From: a virus
Virus record (IMG/VR): IMGVR_UViG_3300010413_000011
Location: 28,701 to 92,700 of that record
Direction: 5' to 3' (one strand)
DNA: 64,000 nt
Part shown: positions 1 through 9,029 of the stretch, piece after piece
Numbering within the stretch: position 1 is the first letter of the stretch
Layout: the number at the start of each line of letters is the position of its first letter
Notes under the pieces: model-generated
What the model was told of the DNA's origin: nothing
Database searches by the model: none
What the model saw: only the letters and a program-made list of their open reading frames with translations
Program-made: the position numbers and the translations under genes

Positions 1-31
1 CATTCTACCTTCTTAGTACTAAAGAAAAGGC

Positions 32-60
32 TTGATCTTTTTTATAAAGAGATATATAAT
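32..60 (+). promoter_or_regulatory. sigma70-type promoter
   Basis: TTGATC-N17-TATAAT, ending 6 nt before the ATG at 67. Confidence 0.6.
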
Positions 61-66
61 ATCCTT

Positions 67-513
67 ATGTCAAAATTTGTTAAAAAAGAGAAACGCTTTT
101 TCGTTAAGTCGTTCGATCGGTGTTTGAAGGACTACCATGGATACATTGCAAATGAAATAAAAATACTTCGCGATCGGCTACCTTCATACACCATTTTAGA
201 TAACAATGACCTATGGCAAGAGGCCCGCCTTATTTTATTTAAGGTCTGGATGAAATTCGATCCCTCTAGGAACGTCCAATTCCAAACTCTATTAGTTCGA
301 TACCTCAAAAGATATTTCACAAACATACTCGCCTCCCATTTTAGATCTTGTAGAACTCCCGGTGTTCAAATTGTTGAGTTTGATTGGGAAAATTTAGTTG
401 ATGAGAATGCCACTCAAATCATTTTCGATGAGGATCTAAGACGACTCCAACTCAGGTATAACAAGAAAAGAAGGAAGTTTGTCAAGGTATCAGATCGGAA
501 ATGGGCCGCGTAA
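67..513 (+). CDS. phage RNA polymerase sigma factor (sigma70 region 2-like)
   Basis: DLWQEARLILFKVWMKFDPSRNVQFQTLLVRYLK resembles the region 2 pattern DLxQE...FDPxxxxxFxTY. Confidence 0.7.
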   Translation: MSKFVKKEKRFFVKSFDRCLKDYHGYIANEIKILRDRLPSYTILDNNDLWQEARLILFKVWMKFDPSRNVQFQTLLVRYLKRYFTNILASHFRSCRTPGVQIVEFDWENLVDENATQIIFDEDLRRLQLRYNKKRRKFVKVSDRKWAA

Positions 514-1916
514 AAGCAAAACTAACTATCCGAAACAATTGGACCACACTTGAGACGAATAGTAGTTCGTTTCGAAAGGCGGTCGACACCCATCTAAAAG
601 TTAAGGACCGGAACGCGTATTACTCTTGGAATCGAATCGGACCTTTGGATCCTTATAAACATTTCCTAACAGATGCCGACAGGTTCATGACCGGCTTGCT
701 TCCCTCGGTCCTCGAGTTATGCGCAGAGGAGAGTGTCGAGGTCGTCTACAAAGACCAGCGACGGTCTCCGCCGCAAGTCCTGCCCAAAATCCCCAAACTC
801 AAAGACCTGCGCGACTACCAAAAAAGAGGTATCGAATTATCGTGTTCATCTGCTCGAGGTATTGTGGATGCCGCAACAAATGCGGGAAAGACCAATATCA
901 TAATTGGAATAGTTCGGCGAGTCCGTTGTCCCTCTTTAATATTGGTTCGAAATGCCGATCCAGTTAAACAACTCCATTCAAATTTTTTGAATCATTTTGA
1001 TCGTTCTTTGATGGGTCAAATACGAGGAGGAGTTTTTGAACCAAATGTGATAACGATTGCTACTGTTCAATCTGTTTATAAATTAAATAACAAATTCTTC
1101 GAACCATTTGAGTGTCTGTTGTTTGATGAATGCGATGAGGCAACTTCCAGAACTAGCAAACTGACGATTCGGAAAATGACTCGAGCATATTATCGAATCG
1201 GTCTATCTGCCACGGCTCTCAAAAAGGATCCAATTCGAAATATGACTTTGACTGGACTGTTCGGACCTCGGTTGTTAGAGGTCTCCCAAAAAGAGTTAGT
1301 ACAGCGAGGAATATCTTGTCAGGCTCGGATTGAATTTTATAGAGTCGAACAACCGGGCTTGAAAAATGCCAATTATGATGATGCCCAGTGGTCAGGCATA
1401 GTTGGAAGCGAGATTAGAAATCGATCCGTCGTCGGAGTGACCCAGGATTATGTCAGAGAAGGTCGGGCTGTTTTTGTTGTGGTTGACAAAAGAGACCACG
1501 GTGAATTATTAGTCCGAGAGTTGGAGGACCTAGGGATCTCTGCTGTTTATGTCCACGGCGGAATTAAAAGTCAAAAGAGATGGTCATATTATGAGAGATT
1601 AGGTAGAGGGATCGATGTTATTGTCGGAACAAAGGTCTTGAACCGCGCACTAAATCTGCCATTGATCTCTGGTATAGTAAATGCAGCAGGTGGATATGCT
1701 GATACCAATACCCTTCAAAGGCTGGGTCGAGGACTTCGACAAAAAGAGGACCCGATGAATCCGCCTCTCCGAGTTGCAGATTTTATGGATGGTCCAAACA
1801 AGTATCTAAGACTGCATTCTAAGCGTAGAAAAAAGACCTATAAAAAAGAGGAGATTTTCGATGTGGTGGAACTCGAATATAAATATAGGCGCCGTTACTT
1901 TACGAAGGCAGAATAA
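501..1916 (+). CDS. superfamily 2 DNA helicase (UvsW/XPB-like)
   Basis: Q motif LRDYQ, Walker A ATNAGKT, FDECD, GLSAT, motif VI QRLGRGLR. Confidence 0.9.
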   Translation: MGRVKAKLTIRNNWTTLETNSSSFRKAVDTHLKVKDRNAYYSWNRIGPLDPYKHFLTDADRFMTGLLPSVLELCAEESVEVVYKDQRRSPPQVLPKIPKLKDLRDYQKRGIELSCSSARGIVDAATNAGKTNIIIGIVRRVRCPSLILVRNADPVKQLHSNFLNHFDRSLMGQIRGGVFEPNVITIATVQSVYKLNNKFFEPFECLLFDECDEATSRTSKLTIRKMTRAYYRIGLSATALKKDPIRNMTLTGLFGPRLLEVSQKELVQRGISCQARIEFYRVEQPGLKNANYDDAQWSGIVGSEIRNRSVVGVTQDYVREGRAVFVVVDKRDHGELLVRELEDLGISAVYVHGGIKSQKRWSYYERLGRGIDVIVGTKVLNRALNLPLISGIVNAAGGYADTNTLQRLGRGLRQKEDPMNPPLRVADFMDGPNKYLRLHSKRRKKTYKKEEIFDVVELEYKYRRRYFTKAE

Positions 1917-2009
1917 GGGCTGTATTTTTCCGAAGAAATCTGATGATGAAATTCCTGCAAGTAACTGATTTTACGAACAAAAACAATTCCACCGGAATCC
2001 ACTTTTCGC

Positions 2010-2038
2010 TTGTCTTTTGGAATGTAATGTGGTACGAT
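2010..2038 (+). promoter_or_regulatory. sigma70-type promoter with extended -10
   Basis: TTGTCT-N17-TACGAT with TG upstream of the -10. Confidence 0.5.
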
Positions 2039-2042
2039 CCCT

Positions 2043-2459
2043 ATGATGACTGAAATAGCCAAAATAGATCTGAACTGGGCTCGCAACGTTTGGTGTATTG
2101 CAGGAGGAGGCCACCGGGTGATTTTACTGGATGACGCCTCTATTAAGTTGTTGTTGGACCCTGGCGGAGATATGACTCTCACAGTCCCGGTGGATTGGCT
2201 ATTGAAAGTCAACGATCAAGGATTAACGATGGTGGTTATTTCTGTAGCACTGTGGGAGCACGTTAGTTGGAAAACGGCGGCTCTCCGGGTGGCTAAAGGG
2301 GACAGCGGGAAAGGTTGTCTATACTACAAAAGGTCTGCTCTTAAATTATGGCGGATGCTTATCGAGGAGGTTTACGGGAGGAGGTCAGGGAATGGCACAA
2401 GAAGGTTCGCGCCGGTTTGCGAAAAAAGAGAAACCGGCAAGTGGCAAAAAGTTCGTTAA
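2043..2459 (+). CDS. hypothetical protein
   Basis: 138-aa ORF directly behind a promoter; no family recognised. Confidence 0.5.
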   Translation: MMTEIAKIDLNWARNVWCIAGGGHRVILLDDASIKLLLDPGGDMTLTVPVDWLLKVNDQGLTMVVISVALWEHVSWKTAALRVAKGDSGKGCLYYKRSALKLWRMLIEEVYGRRSGNGTRRFAPVCEKRETGKWQKVR

Positions 2460-2901
2460 ACAAGGCAAGGTTAAAACCAAGGATGGTTGGCCAGTCAAGA
2501 GTGCTTGGCCAACAGAGAGAGGACGAGAATTAGGCACATGGCCTACGGCGGGAAGGTTCGAGTCTCTACCAGGAGATTACAGTACTGAGTACAGCGATCG
2601 AGAGTTAGTAGATCTCAAGGTACAATCTATGAAGAGAGCATTCGGATTAGTGGCACCAGAGGTTTGTGACGACAAAGAACTGCTTTCAGTACTTGCGAGA
2701 CTCGGGCCTAAGACCTTAGTCAAACTGACCGAGATCATCAGAGATCTCGTGCTGTTTTTAGCATATAGGTCGGACGCGCCAAAGACGGCTTTGGGCTTTT
2801 GGCTAAAAGGCGATGGAACCGTAAAGGTTAACAGGCCAGTTCATGCTGGCGGAAACAAAGGGCCTAAACGAAGGCTCGTAAAAAAACAAAGGAGGTTTAC
2901 G

Positions 2902-3984
2902 ATGGCAAAGGGAAAGAAAAAAGAGTCCAAGAAAAAGGACGGCAAGAAAAAAGGGTCGAAGAAGGATGCGCTCAAGGGCTACACCAGAGACGACCTGAAG
3001 AAAATCGCGAAGGAAGTTGGCGTAAAGGTCAAAAAGTCGATGTCCGATGAGGAACTCGTCGAGGCTTTGGAAGCGGCTATTGGGTCCGTAGACCCGGACG
3101 AGTGCTCGTCCAAGGTTACCAAGTTCTACGGCGCTCTCGGCTATGTCATCAAGGACGATGACGACGAAGACGACTCCAAGAAAAAGAAGGGGAAGAAGAG
3201 CAAGAAAAAGTCCGAACCGGAACCCGAGGACGATGAGGACGAAGACGAGGACGAAGACGAAGACGAGGACGAAGACGAAGACGAAGACGAAGATGAAGAC
3301 GAGGACGAAGACGACTCCAAGAAAAAGAAGGGGAAGAAGAGCAAGAAAAAGTCCGAACCGGACGAAGACGAAGACGAAGACGAAGACGAAGACGAAGACG
3401 AAGACGAAGACGAGGACGACGAAGTCGACTCCGACGACGAAGAGGACGAAAGCGAAGCGACCGAGTTCGAAAAAGGCGACCGGGTCGTGGCAGAGATCGA
3501 GGGTGAGGACTACGCCGGCGAGATCATCAAACTGGTCGGCGAGGATGAGGCCAAGATCAAGTTCGATGACGGGGACAAGATGACCTTGGCTCTGTCGGAA
3601 CTCCGGGCCGAAGACGATGACGAGGAAGGCGACGAAGACGAAGACGAAGACGAAGACGAGAAACCCAAGAAGAAGTCCAAGAAAGGCAAGGACCGCAAGG
3701 CAGCGGCCGCCGAAAAGAAAAAGGCCAAAGAGGAGCGCCGGACCAAGATCGAAAAGGGAATCCCGTACTCTGACAAGGCTCTGAACAAAATGATCAGGCG
3801 GGAACTCCTGGTCCTGGCCAGCATACTCGGCGTCAACACCTGGGAACTGAAGGACACTGACAAAATCAGGGAAGCCTGCAAAAAGGCGCAGAAGAAAGGC
3901 AAGGGCGGCTCCGAGAAGTCCGAAAACAAGAAGGAAAAGAAATCGAAGGACAAAAAGTCCAAGAAGAAAAAGAGCAAGAAATAA
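2902..3984 (+). CDS. highly charged nucleoid-type protein with Lys blocks, Asp/Glu tracts, Rho-N/SAP-like helical motifs and a Tudor/SH3-like domain; possible in-frame N-terminal extension from 2392
   Basis: AAGGAGG SD before ATG 2902; GC3-rich codons; YTRDDLKKIAKEVGV and FEKGDRVVAEIEGEDYAGEIIK segments. Confidence 0.8.
   Translation: MAKGKKKESKKKDGKKKGSKKDALKGYTRDDLKKIAKEVGVKVKKSMSDEELVEALEAAIGSVDPDECSSKVTKFYGALGYVIKDDDDEDDSKKKKGKKSKKKSEPEPEDDEDEDEDEDEDEDEDEDEDEDEDEDEDDSKKKKGKKSKKKSEPDEDEDEDEDEDEDEDEDEDDEVDSDDEEDESEATEFEKGDRVVAEIEGEDYAGEIIKLVGEDEAKIKFDDGDKMTLALSELRAEDDDEEGDEDEDEDEDEKPKKKSKKGKDRKAAAAEKKKAKEERRTKIEKGIPYSDKALNKMIRRELLVLASILGVNTWELKDTDKIREACKKAQKKGKGGSEKSENKKEKKSKDKKSKKKKSKK
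3163..3362 (+). repeat. 59-bp intragenic direct repeat (3163-3221, 3304-3362) with GAC/GAA microsatellite
   Basis: Both copies encode DEDDSKKKKGKKSKKKSEP and flank (DE)n tracts. Confidence 0.9.
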
Positions 3985-4014
3985 ATAGTCCTGGGCGTCG
4001 CTCCCCGATTCAAG

Positions 4015-4047
4015 ATGGGGCCGGCCGTAATGGTCGGCCCCATTTTT
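4015..4047 (+). terminator. intrinsic terminator between convergent genes
   Basis: ATGGGGCCGGCC-GTAAT-GGTCGGCCCCAT followed by a T run. Confidence 0.8.
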
Positions 4048-5743
4048 ATCGTTTGAATTTTTTGGGTGAGGTTATCAGAGATTTGGCCCCGTCAAAGTCC
4101 AACCACGTATCCCCTCCCTCGGAGTACCGAGAGCGGTCTATTCTGACCAGGAGACGCCTGGAGAGCACTTTTCTCCTGGCCGCGCTGCCGTCGGTGGTCT
4201 CCTCTCTGTGAAGCACCACAATGGCATCGGCATCCGCCTGAATTAGACCGCTGTCTCGCAGATTTTCAGAGGACATAACCTTGCCATGGAGTTTGGTTGG
4301 TTGAGCGACCAAAATAATTGGAACCTCCAACTCCTCTGCCAATAACTTGAACGAGTTGCTCAAGACACCAATTTCAGCCGTCATATTTTTAACATCGCGG
4401 CAAAGGAAGTTGAGGTTGTCAAAGCAGACTATTTTGATTCCATGGCGTCTCACTGACGCCTTTATCCGGTCGAAAACTTGGTTGGCGGAGTTCCGTCTGT
4501 AGTCCTTGACAAAATAAAGTGGTAAGTTTTTCAGCTCCGCAGCGCTTGCCAGAACCCCGACATCCTCGACCTCCGCCCGTCTCCGGTACAATGAAACCAA
4601 TTTTTTAGCAAGTCTGACGTCCCGCATCTCTAAACAATAGAGCATTGCCGGAGTCTGGCCTCGAGCAAGATGATATAAGACGTTGAGAGCGAAAGTCGTC
4701 TTCCCTACTTTGGGTCGGCCCGAGAGAACTATCAAATCTCCGGGTGCCATTTGGACCATCGTATTAACCTTTTCCCATGGTGTCTTGAGAGTTGAGAGCG
4801 CATCACCATCCATCATTATATTTTCCGCCAGCTCCCAGATCGACTCGGCGGCAGAGACTACAAATGGGATTTTGTACGGTTTAGATTTGTCTAATATTTT
4901 TTGGAATCGTTTTTTGGTCCCACCGAGTTGGAAAAATTCGATGGTATCTTTTCCTTTTGGTAGTTGAACATCATAACATTTGTCGTATCCTACTCTGGCT
5001 GCGAGTTCACCGGCCCCTCTGCGTCCTTTGACATCGTAGTCCAGACTCATATAAACTCGTTCCTTTTGAGATAAGAGATCAATCCATTCGGTAGGGAATC
5101 CCATTGCTCCCGCTGTTATGCCGACCACATTTTTGAATCCCTTCTGCCAAAGGATCATCGCGTCCAATTCACCTTCGGTTATGATAATGACATCATATTT
5201 GTCGATGGCATCTTGGTTAAACAACATGGTCGGACAACCATATACGCGTTTGAACTCTTTTTCGTCTGGAGGGATTGATCGGAATTTCATATTCCAAACT
5301 TTATCCTCGACGGTATGAGGAATGGCCAACCATTTTCGTCCACCTTGTTTCCGGATCCCCAATCGAAAATGTTTGATTGTCTTCAAAGTGAGGCCTCGAC
5401 CACTTAGATATTTAAGAACAGAAAGGTCCTCGAGGAGATTTTCATGGTACTGGTCAACTCGGTTTAGAATTTTTTGAGACTTCTTCGGTATTTTTTTCTT
5501 TTTTCTTTTGTCTCGAAGTCTGGAGGCAGGATCACTCGCATCGCCTACGAGTCGTTTCAATTGTTTCAACGTACCTCTTTCATTACATTTGAAACAATTG
5601 AACTGACCGGTTTCTTTGTTAAGAGAAAAGTGCTCGCCACTATCGCTACAGAAAGGACAAGTTGTAATAACTAATTGTTCGCCCCTTTGTCGATAGTTCC
5701 AACCTCTACTCTTTACAAAATCTTCTACTCTTTTTCTTGCCAT
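4046..5743 (-). CDS. primase-helicase fusion (T7 gp4/Twinkle-like)
   Basis: Zn finger CPFC...CFKC, TOPRIM ITEGELD and DYD, DnaB motifs GRPKVGKT, FDNL, LRDSG..ADAD. Confidence 0.92.
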   Translation of the reverse strand: MARKRVEDFVKSRGWNYRQRGEQLVITTCPFCSDSGEHFSLNKETGQFNCFKCNERGTLKQLKRLVGDASDPASRLRDKRKKKKIPKKSQKILNRVDQYHENLLEDLSVLKYLSGRGLTLKTIKHFRLGIRKQGGRKWLAIPHTVEDKVWNMKFRSIPPDEKEFKRVYGCPTMLFNQDAIDKYDVIIITEGELDAMILWQKGFKNVVGITAGAMGFPTEWIDLLSQKERVYMSLDYDVKGRRGAGELAARVGYDKCYDVQLPKGKDTIEFFQLGGTKKRFQKILDKSKPYKIPFVVSAAESIWELAENIMMDGDALSTLKTPWEKVNTMVQMAPGDLIVLSGRPKVGKTTFALNVLYHLARGQTPAMLYCLEMRDVRLAKKLVSLYRRRAEVEDVGVLASAAELKNLPLYFVKDYRRNSANQVFDRIKASVRRHGIKIVCFDNLNFLCRDVKNMTAEIGVLSNSFKLLAEELEVPIILVAQPTKLHGKVMSSENLRDSGLIQADADAIVVLHREETTDGSAARRKVLSRRLLVRIDRSRYSEGGDTWLDFDGAKSLITSPKKFKR

Positions 5744-6485
5744 TGATTAACCTTTGTGTTCTCGCGTCGAGTTCACCTAAATGTAGTCGCTGTTTGAAAA
5801 TGATATAATCGATTTGTCCAGGACTCGCTGTCCCGTCCTCGAGACAATCCAGAGCCTCAAGGTATTTTCCGTCATCACCTAACTCGAGATCGACAGACTC
5901 GCCGTATTTCAATTTTCGAATTTCATTTTCGATTTTGTCGATCGAAATTAATTGGTTTGGTAAAGGAAATCTACCAAAACTTTTGAATCGTTTGATGTGT
6001 AATCTGATGTAGTCAGCATAAGAAATCCCATGCTCGTCTGCGATCGCTGCCGCCTTGACTAAAAAGTGATATACTTTTGAGGAAGGAGTTATAGGTCTTA
6101 AATGTTTGTTACCCAGGTGTTGAGATCTGAGCAGAGTATAAATTCGATTAAAGTGGTCAACCTTAGATTCTTGACTAACCACCGGCTTCGATGTCACTTC
6201 GAATCTTGCCAAATTGTTTAAGCGGATGGCGACAATGGAGCCATCTCTTCTAATGAGACCAGACTTCCTCAAGGTCTTCATACACCGTTTGGCATCTCTT
6301 AGTTCAATATCTAAAGTACTCGCCCATTCGCTCGCCTTCATTGGGATTTTCGATACGAATCGATATCTCATATACATCGAAACATAGAAAAATCTTGCCT
6401 CCAAAGGTAGGTCAAGTGTGTTTAAAGAGACGACAACTCGTCGAGTTTCAGCTAATACTTTTTCAGATTTCATTGAGATCCTCAT
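5706..6485 (-). CDS. hypothetical protein with N-terminal winged HTH, possibly replication initiator-like
   Basis: EWASTLDIELRDAKRCMKTLRKSGLI wHTH-like; overlaps the primase-helicase start. Confidence 0.55.
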   Translation of the reverse strand: MRISMKSEKVLAETRRVVVSLNTLDLPLEARFFYVSMYMRYRFVSKIPMKASEWASTLDIELRDAKRCMKTLRKSGLIRRDGSIVAIRLNNLARFEVTSKPVVSQESKVDHFNRIYTLLRSQHLGNKHLRPITPSSKVYHFLVKAAAIADEHGISYADYIRLHIKRFKSFGRFPLPNQLISIDKIENEIRKLKYGESVDLELGDDGKYLEALDCLEDGTASPGQIDYIIFKQRLHLGELDARTQRLINGKKKSRRFCKE

Positions 6486-6945
6486 ACGGAAAGACTACCT
6501 TGCCATCATTAGGACCTATTCGTTGGGAAAAATAAATGGGTCGATATAACGTCTGCCCTAGATCTCGGTAAAATATAAACGCGCCTAGAGATTTTACCGA
6601 CATGCCGCTAAAACAAGCACCCTGAAAAGTCAAACCAGTATCTAAAATATCGTCGACAAAAATACAGCGGCCAACCGGTCTATCTAATCTTATGTCGAGT
6701 TTAAGGAAGTGAGATAACATTACGGCGGGTATGAGACCGCCCCGGGGCTCGCCCCATAATTTCCAAAGATGGTTCGGAGACCAAACAGTTTCCTCGGGAA
6801 TAATTAGATGACCTTGAAGTTCTTTTTGTAGTCGTTCAAGTTGTCTAATATTTGTAGTAGCCAAAATTTTTTTAATATCGATTGCCATCAACTCGATGTA
6901 ATCTATATAATCCTTCCATTCAACTTTAATCGGATTCGAAGACAT
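6463..6945 (-). CDS. type I phosphoribosyltransferase (xanthine/guanine PRT-like)
   Basis: PRGGLIPAVMLSH, PRPP loop IFVDDILDTGLT, C-terminal VVFPYE. Confidence 0.85.
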   Translation of the reverse strand: MSSNPIKVEWKDYIDYIELMAIDIKKILATTNIRQLERLQKELQGHLIIPEETVWSPNHLWKLWGEPRGGLIPAVMLSHFLKLDIRLDRPVGRCIFVDDILDTGLTFQGACFSGMSVKSLGAFIFYRDLGQTLYRPIYFSQRIGPNDGKVVFPYEDLNEI

Positions 6946-7094
6946 ATTCCACTCCTTTTTAAAACTTTTGTGACCGAAGGACTCAGTATTAGTTTTACCT
7001 TTGGTATAACTTTAATGACCTAATATTTCAAAACTTTTTTGTTTCCCACGGAACTCTAACGGCTATATAGAATATAGGGAGGATGACTTGAAAA

Positions 7095-7703
7095 ATGAAA
7101 TTCTTAATCGCAGTTTTAGGTACTCATGGCTCTGGCAAAACTGAAATCTGCCAAAAAGTCTCAAGTCTTATACGTCACGCATTCTCAGACCTATCTGTTT
7201 CCTCAGTAGATAAAAAAGATAGTGTACCGAGATCTTTGGCAGAGGCAACGCAGTTATATAAAAATATCGACCATCGAACCCAGGTAGAAATTTGTTTTAA
7301 GGTTTTAACAAATGCGATGGCCGGTCTTGTCTATTATGACGTCGTTTTTGTCGATCGACTATTGGTCGATTCTATTGCTTATATTCGAACGGCAGAAAAA
7401 GTCGATCGCGGTATTATTGCCTCTCTAGATTCAGCAATTCGTTTTTTGTTTTTCGAGAGTCCTCATATCCATACCATAGTAGCTGTTCCGGCACCGAGTT
7501 TTCCCCTACCTAAAGATAATTTCAGATTCGAAGACGAAGAGTATCGCCAATATATTTCAAGATTGATTACGCGAGAACTAATTCGAATGGCTATACCGTA
7601 TTATTTTCTTGATCAAAAATCTTTAGATGAACGAATAAGTTATCTGACGAGTTACGTCAGTTCAGCAATATCATTATCGAAATTGAAAGGAGAAAAACAT
7701 TGA
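7095..7703 (+). CDS. P-loop nucleotide/nucleoside kinase (AAA_28/dNMP kinase-like)
   Basis: GTHGSGKT Walker A; DRLLVDSIAY; lid DNFR. Confidence 0.75.
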   Translation: MKFLIAVLGTHGSGKTEICQKVSSLIRHAFSDLSVSSVDKKDSVPRSLAEATQLYKNIDHRTQVEICFKVLTNAMAGLVYYDVVFVDRLLVDSIAYIRTAEKVDRGIIASLDSAIRFLFFESPHIHTIVAVPAPSFPLPKDNFRFEDEEYRQYISRLITRELIRMAIPYYFLDQKSLDERISYLTSYVSSAISLSKLKGEKH

Positions 7704-8515
7704 AAGTAGCTCACATAGTCGGTATTAACCATTTGAATTTGGTCAGGGATAAAAATTTCCATTTAGTTCTTGCTCATCTTCTCGACGAAAGTGCCACCTA
7801 CAGAAATTTCTATAAGGAAGTAGGTAACGAAGGTGCCTTTTTAATCTTGGACAACTCTGCGTTTGAGTTAGGCGAACCTTATCCGCCAGAGGAAATGATA
7901 AAACTAGGTAACGAAATCAACGCGTCGGAAATTATGGCGCCCGAGATTTACCAAGATGGCAGAGGAACGATCGAAGTAGTCGAGGAGTTTGCCGCAAAGG
8001 TTAAAGAATTAACTAATAAGAAATGGAATATCATAGCAACCATCCATGGTAAAACCTTCGACGATTGGATGAATTGTTTCAAAGCTATTATCTCGATCAA
8101 CAACATAACCACGATTGGTTTATCTTGTAGAGCGGCAGAGTATTTCACTGACCTACGGTCGAGTTCAGTCACCACCCAAAGAACTTTTAATCGGATTGGT
8201 CTTACTCATATCCTCAATAAAACCTGCGTCGGCAAGTTTACTCCTTTGAGACAGTACCATCTATTAGGTTCCACCGATCCTGTCCTCGAGTTAACTGTTC
8301 AAACGAAATACGATTGGATAAGAAGTATTGATACGAGTTCCGCTTTTGCTCATGGTTGTCAAGGTATAAACTTTGGTACCCGGGCTCTGGCAACCGAGAG
8401 GATAGGGGATATCGATTTCAATACGCCCCACGATCCTCATAAGATAAAAACCATTGTTCACAATATGAGAATACTTGACGAATTGGCAGGAGAAGAAAAT
8501 GATTTTACCAGGTAA
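7700..8515 (+). CDS. TGT-like TIM-barrel protein (putative base-exchange enzyme)
   Basis: LILDNSAFELG, HLLG and IRSIDTSS correspond to TGT-fold DS(G), HxxG and SxDS motifs. Confidence 0.55.
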   Translation: MKVAHIVGINHLNLVRDKNFHLVLAHLLDESATYRNFYKEVGNEGAFLILDNSAFELGEPYPPEEMIKLGNEINASEIMAPEIYQDGRGTIEVVEEFAAKVKELTNKKWNIIATIHGKTFDDWMNCFKAIISINNITTIGLSCRAAEYFTDLRSSSVTTQRTFNRIGLTHILNKTCVGKFTPLRQYHLLGSTDPVLELTVQTKYDWIRSIDTSSAFAHGCQGINFGTRALATERIGDIDFNTPHDPHKIKTIVHNMRILDELAGEENDFTR

Positions 8516-9029
8516 CAAAGTAATAGACTTTATAGAAACTGATTTACCAAGGACCTACTATCCCGAAGGTGGGGTCTCTCCTGAACAATTACAACCGAAC
8601 GGAGTCGACTGTCGTTTATTTTTTGTAAGGAGAGTCGACCCGGATCGTATTATGATATTTCGTAAAAATGAGAAGGATGTACCAGAGCTGGAGATGGTCG
8701 AACCTATAATCCATAGGTCCTTTCATGAGCGCGACAAACAACACGCCTTTTTCAATTTGGAACCTGGGGCCTATAATTTTGAAATGGCCGAACGAATAAA
8801 AGTTCCTCAAGGTATTGCGGCAATGTTCTTTGGTCGGAGTACCCTTAACCGAAACGGAATACTCCTTTTGTCGTCGGTCTATGATACGGGTTATGACGGT
8901 AGAATAGGAGGGACGGCGTATGTCTGGCGGCGGATACAAATAGAAATGTTTGTTCGAGTCGGACAAATTGTTTGTTGGGAAGCTCACGAAACGAAGGAGT
9001 ATGACGGTCAATATGGCGACGGAAAGTAA
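8499..9029 (+). CDS. trimeric dUTPase / dCTP deaminase superfamily protein, probably a dUTPase
   Basis: LQPNGVD, GRSTLNRNG, VYDTGYDG, RVGQIV; lacks the ITLE catalytic Glu of Dcd; AGGAG SD before ATG 8499. Confidence 0.8.
   Translation: MILPGNKVIDFIETDLPRTYYPEGGVSPEQLQPNGVDCRLFFVRRVDPDRIMIFRKNEKDVPELEMVEPIIHRSFHERDKQHAFFNLEPGAYNFEMAERIKVPQGIAAMFFGRSTLNRNGILLLSSVYDTGYDGRIGGTAYVWRRIQIEMFVRVGQIVCWEAHETKEYDGQYGDGK

Noticed and set aside
3141-4043. Poly-Ser antisense and Thr/Lys alternative-frame ORFs (3141-3344, 3143-3583, 3510-4043)
   Set aside because: Shadows of the GAC/GAA tracts in the real gene
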